Part shown: piece by piece, positions 41,863 to 51,596 of the stretch
How positions within the stretch are numbered: the stretch's first letter is position 1
Layout of the letters: every line of letters starts with the position of its first letter
Assembly (NCBI GenBank): GCA_964632315.1
Contig: CAZWEM010000006.1
Location: forward strand, 64,593 to 128,592
DNA from: an uncultured archaeon
Lineage (GTDB): Archaea; Asgardarchaeota; Lokiarchaeia; Sigyniarchaeales; SOKP01
DNA: 64,000 nucleotides
Reading direction: 5' to 3'
Program-made: the position numbers and the translations under genes
The notes under the pieces: generated by a model
What the model was told of the DNA's origin: nothing
Databases searched by the model: none
Seen by the model: only the letters and a program-made list of their open reading frames with translations

Positions 41863-42021
41863 ATGGTAGAATTAAACGATTATGATTTAAAGGACGAAGA
41901 TGATGACGACTGGGATGATGACGAAGATTTCGATGAAGACGACGACTGGGATGATGAAGATGATTTCGATGAGGATGATGAAGATGATTTCGATGACGAC
42001 GATGAAGACTATGATATTTGA
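41863..42021 (+). CDS. Small hyper-acidic protein (52 aa), not in ORF track
   Basis: MVELNDYDLKDEDDDDWDDDEDFDEDDDWDDEDDFDEDDEDDFDDDDEDYDI; mixed synonymous GAT/GAC and GAA/GAG codons; upstream TTTAAATA TATA-like element. Confidence 0.75.
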   Translation: MVELNDYDLKDEDDDDWDDDEDFDEDDDWDDEDDFDEDDEDDFDDDDEDYDI

Positions 42022-42073
42022 AAAAGCAGAATAAATACCCAAAAATATTGTATATAATCTAAATAGAATTTTT

Positions 42074-43069
42074 TTAAACGATTCCCATTCTCTGGAGCAC
42101 TCCAGTAATCAGTATTGGTAAGGCAATGGTTGCATCACACCAAATACTAATATACCTTGCATCTAATGCATATTTTCCCCAGGATTTTGACTCTGATAGG
42201 GTACAACCAGATAACCCTCCATCATATTCTGTTGCAGTATGAATTCTGACGGAATATTTATAACCATATTCTGATCCCTCCCTAGGCTCCCCGTTTAAAT
42301 TCTCAAGATAAGGAAAAATCTGTTGAGTCCAGTTTCTAGGGGTTCCTCCTCCAATTATGAATGTTCCACAGGAATCTGCTTCAGAAACAATATTTGCTAA
42401 GTTTTTCACATCTTTTAAAACTCTAAAATCAATTTCATAGTCGTAGATCTCAGTAAATTTTACTAAATCTAAAGCAAGTTCTGAATCACTTATGGCGGGA
42501 ACAAATATAGGAATACTTTTTTTAGCAGCAATTGATAAAATACTGCTTGTCTTTATTTTTGATCCAATCAAACGAAGGAATTCTGAAGGAGTTATCTCAA
42601 TTTCTCTTTTAGGAAATAATTTGAGCATAATATTCAGAAGTCGTTTTTCAGCATCGTCGTAATTGTCTTCAGGAAGAAAAATGTCATAGATTCTGTTAAT
42701 GCGATTAAGATATAATTGCTCATCGTTGACATTTGAAGCACCTAAATAGTGCCCAACGCCTTTAACAGCATCTATAAAGTCATGAGTAATATTTGCACCA
42801 GTTGAAACAATTACATCAATTAAATCATTAGAAAGGCATTCACAAATCAATTCGCCCATACCTGCTGGAATCATAGCTCCACTTAAACTCAATATAGTTA
42901 AACAATCATCATCTAAAAACATATTCTGAAGTATATCTGCAGCAATTCCCAGATTTCTTCCTTGGAAACCACAAAACTTTAAATTCTCTAATAATTGATC
43001 GGGATTTTCTATTTGTGTTGGGTCAAAGGGAATTACCTTTTTGGACAAATATTTGTTATTAAAAGTCAT
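42074..43069 (-). CDS. Deoxyhypusine synthase-like protein (paralog 2)
   Basis: GFQGRNLG, SGAMIPAG, STGAN..HD, GGGTP, DGGLSG...ESKSWGK, DATIALP. Confidence 0.9.
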   Translation of the reverse strand: MTFNNKYLSKKVIPFDPTQIENPDQLLENLKFCGFQGRNLGIAADILQNMFLDDDCLTILSLSGAMIPAGMGELICECLSNDLIDVIVSTGANITHDFIDAVKGVGHYLGASNVNDEQLYLNRINRIYDIFLPEDNYDDAEKRLLNIMLKLFPKREIEITPSEFLRLIGSKIKTSSILSIAAKKSIPIFVPAISDSELALDLVKFTEIYDYEIDFRVLKDVKNLANIVSEADSCGTFIIGGGTPRNWTQQIFPYLENLNGEPREGSEYGYKYSVRIHTATEYDGGLSGCTLSESKSWGKYALDARYISIWCDATIALPILITGVLQRMGIV

Positions 43070-43111
43070 CTTCCAAGTTTTTGTAATCTTAAATTATAAT
43101 TTATGAAAAAT

Positions 43112-44101
43112 TCAATCTTTCTCTATTCTTTGTAGCAATCCTGTAACTAATACTGGAAATGCAATCGTCGCATCACACCAAACGCTAATATGTTTTGATT
43201 CTAAAGCGTATTTTCCCCACGTTTTTGACTCTGAGATAGTACAACCACTTAATCCGCCATCATATTCCGTTGCAGTGTGGATTCGTACGGAAAAGTTGTA
43301 TCCCATTTCTTCAATCGTTCCAATCTGGTCTAAAAGTGGAAAGACTTGTTGACTCCAGTTTCTTGGAGTTCCTCCCCCAATTATAAATGTACCACATAAT
43401 TTTGATTGCTTAATAATATCAGCAAATACTTCTACATCTTTCAAGATATCAAATTGAAAATTGTATCCCTCTCGCTTGCTATACTTTATCAAATTTAATG
43501 CAAGTTCTGAATCAGAGAATGCTGGAATAAAAATGGGAATGTTCCTTTTTGCCGCTACTGAAACGATGCATCTTTTTGTGATCTTAGAACCAATATCTTT
43601 TAAGAATTGCGATGGTACTGTATGGATAATTTTTTCATCATAAAGTTCGCGAATTATATTCAAAATATTCCTTTCAGCTTCAGTATAATTTTCTTCGGGA
43701 AGAAATACATCGTATATACGATTTATTCGATTATTAAATAAATCATCATCATTGACTTCAACTGATCCTAAATAATGACCTCCATTTGCAAACACATCCA
43801 CTAAATCATGTATTATATTTGCTCCAGTTGATACAACCACATCAATTAATTTTTGATCAATTAAAGTTGATATTAGCTCTCCCATACCTGCCGGTACCAT
43901 GGCTCCAGATAACGTAAGAACAGTCGTACAATTGGGATTTGTGACCATTTGTTCCAAAATATCTAAGGCAACACCCAAGTTCCTTCCTTGGAAACCACAG
44001 TATTTTAAGGATTTTAACAAATCATCAATATTTTTTACTTCTTTTGGCTTGAATGGGACAACTTTCTTTATTAAATAATCCTCTTTTGAAAATTTCTCCA
44101 T
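43112..44101 (-). CDS. Deoxyhypusine synthase-like protein (paralog 1)
   Basis: Same motifs as paralog 2; ESKTWGK retains the catalytic Lys. Confidence 0.9.
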   Translation of the reverse strand: MEKFSKEDYLIKKVVPFKPKEVKNIDDLLKSLKYCGFQGRNLGVALDILEQMVTNPNCTTVLTLSGAMVPAGMGELISTLIDQKLIDVVVSTGANIIHDLVDVFANGGHYLGSVEVNDDDLFNNRINRIYDVFLPEENYTEAERNILNIIRELYDEKIIHTVPSQFLKDIGSKITKRCIVSVAAKRNIPIFIPAFSDSELALNLIKYSKREGYNFQFDILKDVEVFADIIKQSKLCGTFIIGGGTPRNWSQQVFPLLDQIGTIEEMGYNFSVRIHTATEYDGGLSGCTISESKTWGKYALESKHISVWCDATIAFPVLVTGLLQRIEKD

Positions 44102-44436
44102 AAAAATTAAGAATTTTACAATTTTTTTAAATCAATCGGAATAGTAACTTTGTATTTTTTAGATAATTAAATTACACTGCCTATCAAATATCATTAACTC
44201 TATTTCAAAGTTTCTAAAATAGGTTTTAAAAATTTCAGTAAAATAGTTTTTTTCGAAATATAATGAATTAAATGGCTATATATTTGCTAAGATAGATTAT
44301 AATAAGCATATTGAAAATGTCTTAGAAAAAGGATTAATTTTTTTCACATATTTCATACAAGAACAAAAAAAATTTAATAATGAGGAATTAGTTATCTAAT
44401 ATAATAAGAATAACTAAAATTACTCAGAAATAAATC

Positions 44437-44985
44437 ATGTCTCTCGTTCCAAAGAAGGTATTCTTTGTAAAAGGAAAAGGATTTCACAAAAAGAAATTAG
44501 CAGCATTCGAACAAGCTCTTAGGGATGCGGGTATTGAAAAATATAATATCGTAAGTGTATCTTCAATACTTCCACCTTATTGTATTGAGATAAGTAGAGA
44601 AGATGGACTTAAACAGTTAAGACCGGGGCAAATAATATATTGCGTACTTGCAAGAGAGCAGTCAGATGAATATAATCGAATTATTACAGCCTCCATTGGG
44701 GTTGCAAAACCTGCAGATAAGGGAAATTATGGTTATTTAAGTGAACATCATGATTTTGGGAAAAAACCCGAAAACATTGGAGATATGGCGGAAGATCTAG
44801 CTGCAGAAATGTTAGCTACGACTTTAGGTGTGCCTTTTGATCCAGATGCGAATTATGACGAAAAAAGAGAAGTATTCAAGATGGGAGGGAAGATAGTTGA
44901 AACCAGAAACATCACTTCCACTGCTACCGTAAGAGAAGAGGATGAATGGGCTTGCGTCCTCGCAGCAGCAATCTTCATATTATGA
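44437..44985 (+). CDS. pdaD: Pyruvoyl-dependent arginine decarboxylase
   Basis: FEQALRDAGI..YNIVSVSSILPP (Ser-Ser self-cleavage site), YGYLSEHH. Confidence 0.92.
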   Translation: MSLVPKKVFFVKGKGFHKKKLAAFEQALRDAGIEKYNIVSVSSILPPYCIEISREDGLKQLRPGQIIYCVLAREQSDEYNRIITASIGVAKPADKGNYGYLSEHHDFGKKPENIGDMAEDLAAEMLATTLGVPFDPDANYDEKREVFKMGGKIVETRNITSTATVREEDEWACVLAAAIFIL

Positions 44986-45063
44986 ATTTTTATTGAATTA
45001 AGATTTGTTTTCATGTAAAAATGAATATTTTTTTTAGCTTTCTCTTATTTTTTAAACACATAT

Positions 45064-46365
45064 ATGAAAGATTCAAAATATATTACTATTGAAGAAGCGG
45101 TAAGAAAGGGATCTGGTGAAGTAAATCTTAGGGGTTGGGTATACAGGGAACGCAAATCGAATAAATTTATTTTTATTGTTCTACGTGATGAAACTGATAT
45201 AATTCAATGTGTTATTGCAAAAAACAAAACTCCAAAAGTTTTTGGAGCCGCGGAAAAACTAACAATTGAATCATCGCTTAAGATTTCTGGTAAAATTAAG
45301 GAAGACGATAGAGCACCAACTGGCTATGAAGTAGCGGTGAATGAAATTGAAATTTTGCAAGTAGCTGAACCATTTCCAATAACAGAACATCAATCTCCAG
45401 AACTTTTATACGATAATAGGCACTTATGGCTACGTTCAAGGCAATTAAATGCAATATTAAAAGTTCGACATACAATAGTTGGCGCTATTCACCAATTTTT
45501 TAGAGATCGTGGATATTTTGAATTTGATGCTCCAATTTTTCAACCAAGCATGTCTGAGGGAGGATCAACATTATTTGAAGTAAAGTTTTTTGACGATATA
45601 GTCTATCTTAGCCAATCATGGCAGCTATACGCTGAAGCAGGAATATTTTCACTAGGTAAGATTTATAATATGGGTCCTACATTTAGAGCAGAAAAATCAA
45701 AAACATCTCGTCATTTAGCAGAATTCTGGATGGCAGAAATGGAAGCAGCGTGGATGGAGCTAGATGAGGTAACAGAAGTAGCTAAGGATGAAATAAGATT
45801 CATTATTGGAGAAGTATTGAATGATAGAAGAAAAGAACTTGAAATTTTAGAACGGGATGTAAATCTTTTAGAGAGGTATCTAAAAGCAGATTATCCAACA
45901 ATTAAGTATGCTGAGGCTTTAGAAATCCTTAATTCGAAATATGATATGGATGTACCATGGGGAAAAGATCTTAGAACAATTGAAGAAGCTAAAATAGCGG
46001 ATCATTTTAAAGTACCAGTCGTAGTAACTCATTATCCTACAGAAATAATGGGATTTTATAAGCCGCCAAGCAAAGAGAATCCAAAAGAAGCATTATGTTT
46101 TGATATGCTAGCTCCTGAAGAGTACTGTGAAATAATTGGAGGATCAGAAAGAAGTTTATTAGTAGATGATATGAAAATGCGTCTTAAAGCGGAAGGAGAG
46201 GATCCAGAGACATATAATTGGTATTTTGACTTGCGAAAATACGGTAGTGTCCCTCATTCTGGTTATGGATTAGGAGTAGAGCGTGTAATTTCGTGGATAT
46301 GCGGATTAGATAATATAAAAGATGCGATTCCATTTCCAAGAACTATGCTTCGCAAGTCTCCTTAA
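45064..46365 (+). CDS. asnS: Asparaginyl-tRNA synthetase
   Basis: LRGWVYR.R, YLSQSWQLYAE, FRAEKSKTSRHLAEFW, EIIGGSER, YGSVPHSGYGLGVER. Confidence 0.88.
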   Translation: MKDSKYITIEEAVRKGSGEVNLRGWVYRERKSNKFIFIVLRDETDIIQCVIAKNKTPKVFGAAEKLTIESSLKISGKIKEDDRAPTGYEVAVNEIEILQVAEPFPITEHQSPELLYDNRHLWLRSRQLNAILKVRHTIVGAIHQFFRDRGYFEFDAPIFQPSMSEGGSTLFEVKFFDDIVYLSQSWQLYAEAGIFSLGKIYNMGPTFRAEKSKTSRHLAEFWMAEMEAAWMELDEVTEVAKDEIRFIIGEVLNDRRKELEILERDVNLLERYLKADYPTIKYAEALEILNSKYDMDVPWGKDLRTIEEAKIADHFKVPVVVTHYPTEIMGFYKPPSKENPKEALCFDMLAPEEYCEIIGGSERSLLVDDMKMRLKAEGEDPETYNWYFDLRKYGSVPHSGYGLGVERVISWICGLDNIKDAIPFPRTMLRKSP

Positions 46366-46438
46366 TTTAGATCTTTACCTCTATTAGTTATTTATAGTCA
46401 AATTTTTTAGATATCTTGAACTTCTTTAATGAATTAGA

Positions 46439-47929
46439 TTGAGGATGATACATGTGGAATTCTATAACTACATGGCATATGAATTAATAGAAAAGATTAA
46501 AAATAGAGAAATATCTATCCAAGATCTAATTCAGAGCACGTTAAATCATCTTGAAAAAACAGAACCCATCCTTCATTCATTTGTAAATATATCAAAAGAA
46601 AAAGCTATTTTAAAAGCTATAAAATTGGATAAAACTCTTGAAAAAAATGAAAAATTTGGTAAACTTCTTGGTTTACCGTTTGCCAATAAAGATCTAATCT
46701 GTTTAAAAGGATTCCCTACCACTTGTGCTTCACAAATTCTAAAGGCATTTAAACCACCTTATAATGCTTTTGTTATCGATCGTCTCTCAGAGCAAGGTTC
46801 TATTCATATAGGGAATACAAACATGGATGAATTTGCAATGGGGAGTTCTACCGAATCAAGTTGCTATGGGGCGACATATAATCCTTGGGGGTTAGATAGA
46901 GTCCCAGGGGGTTCAAGTGGTGGTGCTGCCACATCTGTAGCTAGTGGACAGGCAGTATTTGCTTTAGGAAGCGATACTGGTGGGAGTATTCGATGCCCCG
47001 CAGCATTTTGTGGGGTTGTTGGTCTTAAACCAACTTACGGAAGAGTTTCAAGATATGGCTTGGTGGCTTTTGCTAACTCATTAGATCAGATTGGTCCTAT
47101 AACGAGGTGTGTGCAAGATAGCGCGCTAGTACTCGAAGTAATTGCTGGGAGGGATCACCTAGATTCAACTTCAGCAGATGTAAAAACCGAGAATTATACT
47201 GACGAGATAAAAAAATCCATCGAAGGAAAAGTAATAGGAATACCAAAAGAATTTTTTGAGGAGGGAATTGATCAGGAAGTGAAAAATTCCGTAGAGAAAG
47301 CAATTAAACGTTTAGAGAGTTTAGGAGCTGTAAGAAAAGAAGTTTCAATACCACATCTCGAATATTCCATTGCCACTTATTATTTAATTTGCATGAGTGA
47401 AGCAAGTTCAAACTTAGCAAGGTTCGATGGCTTGAGATATGGTGTGATGAGCAATAACCTTGAAGGAGATGTATTTGACGTATATAGCAGAACTCGTAGT
47501 GAAGGTTTTGGTCCTGAAGTTAGAAGGAGAATAATTCTTGGAACATTTGCATTATCTTCCGGTTATTATGATATGTTCTATATTAAGGCCTTAAAAACAA
47601 GACACTTAATTAATAAAGAATTTCAAGAAGCTCTTAATGTATGTGATGTTTTGGCATCTCCAACGATGCCAATGACAGCCTTTAAACTAGGAGAATTAAT
47701 AAATGATCCTCTTCAAATGTACATGGCAGATATTTTAACTTGTCCCATTAATCTAGCTGGGTTACCAGCATTATCCATTCCTTGCGGATTCGATAATGAA
47801 AATCTACCAATTGGATTTCAAATAATTGGTAAATATTTTGATGAAAAGACAATATTAAATGTTGGATATCAATTAGAACAAGATTTAAACATATACAGGA
47901 AAAGACCTTCCCTAGATTTGAAGAGTTGA
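46439..47929 (+). CDS. gatA: Asp/Glu-tRNA amidotransferase subunit A
   Basis: NMDEFAMGSSTE, PGGSSGG, GSDTGGSIR.PA, EASSNLARFDG.RYG, EVRRRIILGT. Confidence 0.96.
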   Translation: MRMIHVEFYNYMAYELIEKIKNREISIQDLIQSTLNHLEKTEPILHSFVNISKEKAILKAIKLDKTLEKNEKFGKLLGLPFANKDLICLKGFPTTCASQILKAFKPPYNAFVIDRLSEQGSIHIGNTNMDEFAMGSSTESSCYGATYNPWGLDRVPGGSSGGAATSVASGQAVFALGSDTGGSIRCPAAFCGVVGLKPTYGRVSRYGLVAFANSLDQIGPITRCVQDSALVLEVIAGRDHLDSTSADVKTENYTDEIKKSIEGKVIGIPKEFFEEGIDQEVKNSVEKAIKRLESLGAVRKEVSIPHLEYSIATYYLICMSEASSNLARFDGLRYGVMSNNLEGDVFDVYSRTRSEGFGPEVRRRIILGTFALSSGYYDMFYIKALKTRHLINKEFQEALNVCDVLASPTMPMTAFKLGELINDPLQMYMADILTCPINLAGLPALSIPCGFDNENLPIGFQIIGKYFDEKTILNVGYQLEQDLNIYRKRPSLDLKS

Positions 47930-49392
47930 TGAATTTGAATGATGAATTATTCGAAGTAGTTATCGGTTTGGAAGTTCATTTACAACTCACAAACCTTAAG
48001 ACTAAGTTGTTCTGTAGTTGTGATAGTAATTACCGAGATGCTGCCCCTAATTCTCACACTTGTCCAGTTTGTCTTGGTTTACCAGGATCTCTTCCAGTTA
48101 TGAATGAAAAAGCAATTGAATTCGCCACAAAATTAGCTTTAGCTTTAAATTGTACAATAAATAATAGTTCATACTTTTTTAGAAAGAATTATTTTTATCC
48201 CGATCTCCCTAAAAACTTTCAAATCTCCCAATATAATAAAGCAGGAGGGAAAGCATTTGCAGATGGTGGGTTCATCAAAATTAATTCCAATAACCACAAA
48301 AAAATCATCGATCTTAATCGTATTCATTTAGAAGAGGATCCAGCTCGTTTAGTTCATTTAGGAAGCATTCGTACTTCCCCTTATACCTTAGTTGATTATA
48401 ATAGATCGGGAATTACATTAATCGAAATTGTTACCGAACCAGTTTTGAGTTCACCTGGGGAAGCAAGAGAGTTTTTGAATCAATTAAAGTTGATCGTGCT
48501 ATACACGGGTATTTCAGATTTATCATTGGAAGGATCATTAAGAGTTGATGCTAATATCTCAATAAAAGGACACCCACGTGCAGAAGTCAAAAATATTAAT
48601 AGTTTCAAAGAAGTCGAGAGTGCTTTAGTTTATGAGATAATGAGACAAAAATTTGAATTAAAAAAGGGGAAAGAAATAATTCAAGAAACAAGGCATTGGG
48701 ATGGAAGAGTATCAATTCCGCTTAGAACAAAAGAATTTGAGAAAGACTATCGATACTTTCCTGAGCAAGATTTGGTTCCTATTGAAATAGACGATAATTA
48801 CATTGATGAGGTTAAATTAAGCCTTCCAGAAATGCCCTATGAAAGGGTTATTAGGCTTCAAAATCAATACAAATTATCTGAATTTGACGCTGAAAATTTA
48901 ATTCTTGATAAATATGTTGCCGATTTTTATGAGGATGGAGTGAATTCTGAGGCTTCCTACGGTCCTGAAGAATTTAAACTATATTGCAATTGGTTAATGA
49001 ATGATATTGTGGGTTGGTTGAATGAACATAATAAAGCCATAAATGAAGTAAATTTAAAACCACATTATATTGTAGATTTAATTTGGAACATTAATGAGGG
49101 TCATATCACAACCAAAATGGCCAAAAGTTTCATTGATAGTATGATGCGAGGACGCACGATTTCACAATTAATTAAAGATAAAGGTAAGAAACGAATTTCA
49201 GATGAAAGTGTTCTAAAAAAATATACTAAAGAAATAATTAAAGAGAATCAGGAAATCGTTGAAGATTTACATACTAATAATAAAGCCATTGAGGCTCTCA
49301 TTGGTAGAGTAATGAAGAAAACTAAAGGGCAAGCAGATCCTAAAATCACGAGAAGAATTTTAAAAGAACTCCTAAAAATAAGAGAAAAATAG
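47926..49392 (+). CDS. gatB: Asp/Glu-tRNA amidotransferase subunit B
   Basis: VIGLEVH, CPVCLGLPG, RKNYFYPDLPK, HLEED, DYNRSG, DYRYFPE. Confidence 0.96.
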   Translation: MMNLNDELFEVVIGLEVHLQLTNLKTKLFCSCDSNYRDAAPNSHTCPVCLGLPGSLPVMNEKAIEFATKLALALNCTINNSSYFFRKNYFYPDLPKNFQISQYNKAGGKAFADGGFIKINSNNHKKIIDLNRIHLEEDPARLVHLGSIRTSPYTLVDYNRSGITLIEIVTEPVLSSPGEAREFLNQLKLIVLYTGISDLSLEGSLRVDANISIKGHPRAEVKNINSFKEVESALVYEIMRQKFELKKGKEIIQETRHWDGRVSIPLRTKEFEKDYRYFPEQDLVPIEIDDNYIDEVKLSLPEMPYERVIRLQNQYKLSEFDAENLILDKYVADFYEDGVNSEASYGPEEFKLYCNWLMNDIVGWLNEHNKAINEVNLKPHYIVDLIWNINEGHITTKMAKSFIDSMMRGRTISQLIKDKGKKRISDESVLKKYTKEIIKENQEIVEDLHTNNKAIEALIGRVMKKTKGQADPKITRRILKELLKIREK

Positions 49393-49395
49393 TAA

Positions 49396-49746
49396 TTAAA
49401 TCAAGTTGTTTAATGCTTCAGTAGCTGCTGCCAACTTTAAATTGATAATACCTAATTTTGCTTCTACTGTAGAAATGATGACTAATACGTTATCCTTTAC
49501 GGTATTGAATAAAATCTTTCCTTTTCCACTCTCAATTATAGCATTATTAAACAATCCTTGCTCCAATTCTTTCGTTGCTCTCTGAGACGCTTTTAAAATG
49601 AGAGTAACCATCGCTGCTACTGCCTCAGGATCGACCCAGCCAGGCAGAGCACTACCTCGGATTAATCCAAATTTTTCAATAAGAGCTGCCCCATGGACTC
49701 CTTTTATTGCTTTTAAAGATTCTAATATGTTTGAAATTTCACTCAT
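49396..49746 (-). CDS. Roadblock/LC7 protein
   Basis: GVHGAALI...GL..., EAVAAM, EL.QG....IIE...GK, AKLG. Confidence 0.88.
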   Translation of the reverse strand: MSEISNILESLKAIKGVHGAALIEKFGLIRGSALPGWVDPEAVAAMVTLILKASQRATKELEQGLFNNAIIESGKGKILFNTVKDNVLVIISTVEAKLGIINLKLAAATEALNNLI

Positions 49747-49835
49747 TTAATTTCAATTCAATTTGTATTTTATATGATATTATAATAGATGGCTAAGATT
49801 TAAAAATATTGAACTAACCAACTCAAAAAAAAGAG

Positions 49836-50266
49836 TTAGAGTTTAATTATTTTTTGACATTTATCCAGGAGAATTGCGATAATTGTAATGATAAGAATCA
49901 TTATCGAACCGATGATAATATCAATTTCATAATCGATTGTATCTGATATTAAAAATTCTGTTGCTAATCCGATGATATAAAGAAGAAAAGGATTCTTACC
50001 GTAACTATCTTAAAAAAAAAATAGGTTGATGCACTTTTTTATCTATAAATATGAAGATGAATGACACTAAAATGATTGCTGCTGCACTAATTAGTATATA
50101 ACTGAGAGTTACCTGCCGTTTAATTGCTTACCATTCAGGAAAAAACGCTAAAATTAAACCAATTGTAAAGGTAAGAAATCCAAAAAGAGCGAATTGTTGA
50201 TACTTTTTTTTCTCTGGCTCCTTAAAAATTTTCGAGTTTTCCAGTGTCTCAACAATTTTTAATCAT
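49836..50266 (-). pseudogene. Degraded membrane-protein gene remnant (HGSNAT/DUF5009-like C-terminus)
   Basis: Fragments PEW*AIKRQVTLSYILISAAA and SYGKNPFLLYII...LDK; in-frame stop at 50128-50130, frameshift at the A10 run 50012-50021; 5' limit approximate. Confidence 0.5.
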
Positions 50267-50364
50267 TTAATTAATTTTTTATATTGATATATTGTATTCA
50301 AAATATATATTTATAAAATTTCTAAGATGTCATATCAAGTAGAGTTTTTGGAATAATAATACTC

Positions 50365-51510
50365 ATGAAAAATATAATTTATCGAACCTACAAGAAAGGC
50401 GATGAAAAACAATTAGCAGATTTATTTAACAAGGCTTTTCAAAGGAATGGCGCGAGCTTTATACGTACTTCAAAATCTTGGAATTGGCGCTATGTTCAAT
50501 CTCCTGAATTTGAGCCCGAGATGATCCAAATTGCAGAAGATGTTGATTTAAAAAAAATTGTCGGAGCGATTTGTGTCAATTTAGTAGAATATATAAATTT
50601 TCAAGGAGAAAAACGTCTCAAAGGAGAAGTTAATGACGTTTCATGCCTTTATGAATACACAAGAAAAGGAATCACAAAGAATTTGATGAATAAAGCAATC
50701 AGTTATATGAAGGGTAAAGATTGTGATATATCCATGCTTACAGCAGATTTTCATGGTTTTCCTAGGAAAAAAATATACCTAAAATACGGTTTTGAAGATA
50801 TGGATAGAGAACTTGTATTTGTGTGGTTTCCTAAGATTTTGCAGTTAATGAACGATTTTCCCTTATTTTGGATATTTTTTCCAATAATTATTCCTTTTTC
50901 CTTTATACCTAGATTAATTTATAGGCTATTTATAAAAAAAAGTGCTCTCTCTTCTAACCTAAGCTATGAAATTGTTAGGAATAAAAAACATTTCCGATAC
51001 ATGAGGGCTTTAAACCAGATCATGAGCAAGCAATATGAAGGTTTTTATCCATATACAAAAGAAAAATACGCATGGGCTCGGATCAATGTACCAACTAAAA
51101 AGGATCAACCTACCTATGTAACAATTAAGAAGAACGGGTTAATTATTGGGGGTGCTGAATTTAGTTGTATTGACATATATTCATTTAGATTCAAGTTTAA
51201 GTTTAAGCTTGGTATTGTGCATGAAATTTTTTTAGATAAAAATTCTTTTTACTCAAATATAGACGTACAAAATGCTTACTGTTATTTGATTGATAAATTA
51301 TTGAATGCTGCTTCTAAAAGAACCGTTGGTGTCCTAATTTTATTTACTAGTTCATTCGAAAATAATTTGTATTATGCCTTAAGGAAGATGAATCTTATCA
51401 ATTTCAAGGGTGCTTCGATAATGATTAAAAAACTGAAAAAGAATATCGCAATTGGAAAGCTGGCAAAACCACTATATGTCCCTACTCACGTCTCATTTTC
51501 ATTGCCATAA
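50365..51510 (+). CDS. GNAT-family N-acetyltransferase
   Basis: YRTY..GDE, W.WRY...P, DVSC..EY.RKGI...LM, Y.KYGF. Confidence 0.8.
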   Translation: MKNIIYRTYKKGDEKQLADLFNKAFQRNGASFIRTSKSWNWRYVQSPEFEPEMIQIAEDVDLKKIVGAICVNLVEYINFQGEKRLKGEVNDVSCLYEYTRKGITKNLMNKAISYMKGKDCDISMLTADFHGFPRKKIYLKYGFEDMDRELVFVWFPKILQLMNDFPLFWIFFPIIIPFSFIPRLIYRLFIKKSALSSNLSYEIVRNKKHFRYMRALNQIMSKQYEGFYPYTKEKYAWARINVPTKKDQPTYVTIKKNGLIIGGAEFSCIDIYSFRFKFKFKLGIVHEIFLDKNSFYSNIDVQNAYCYLIDKLLNAASKRTVGVLILFTSSFENNLYYALRKMNLINFKGASIMIKKLKKNIAIGKLAKPLYVPTHVSFSLP

Positions 51511-51596
51511 AAATTAAATCTTTTTGATTTTTGCTTATATTCTTATTTTAAGATAAATGATATTGATTATAATAAATTAAAAATTATAGGACTGAG

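Noticed and set aside
41890-42015. GAY-rich tract as a non-coding microsatellite
   Set aside because: Has ATG and stop in frame, with synonymous variation and interspersed Trp/Phe codons; treated as a CDS
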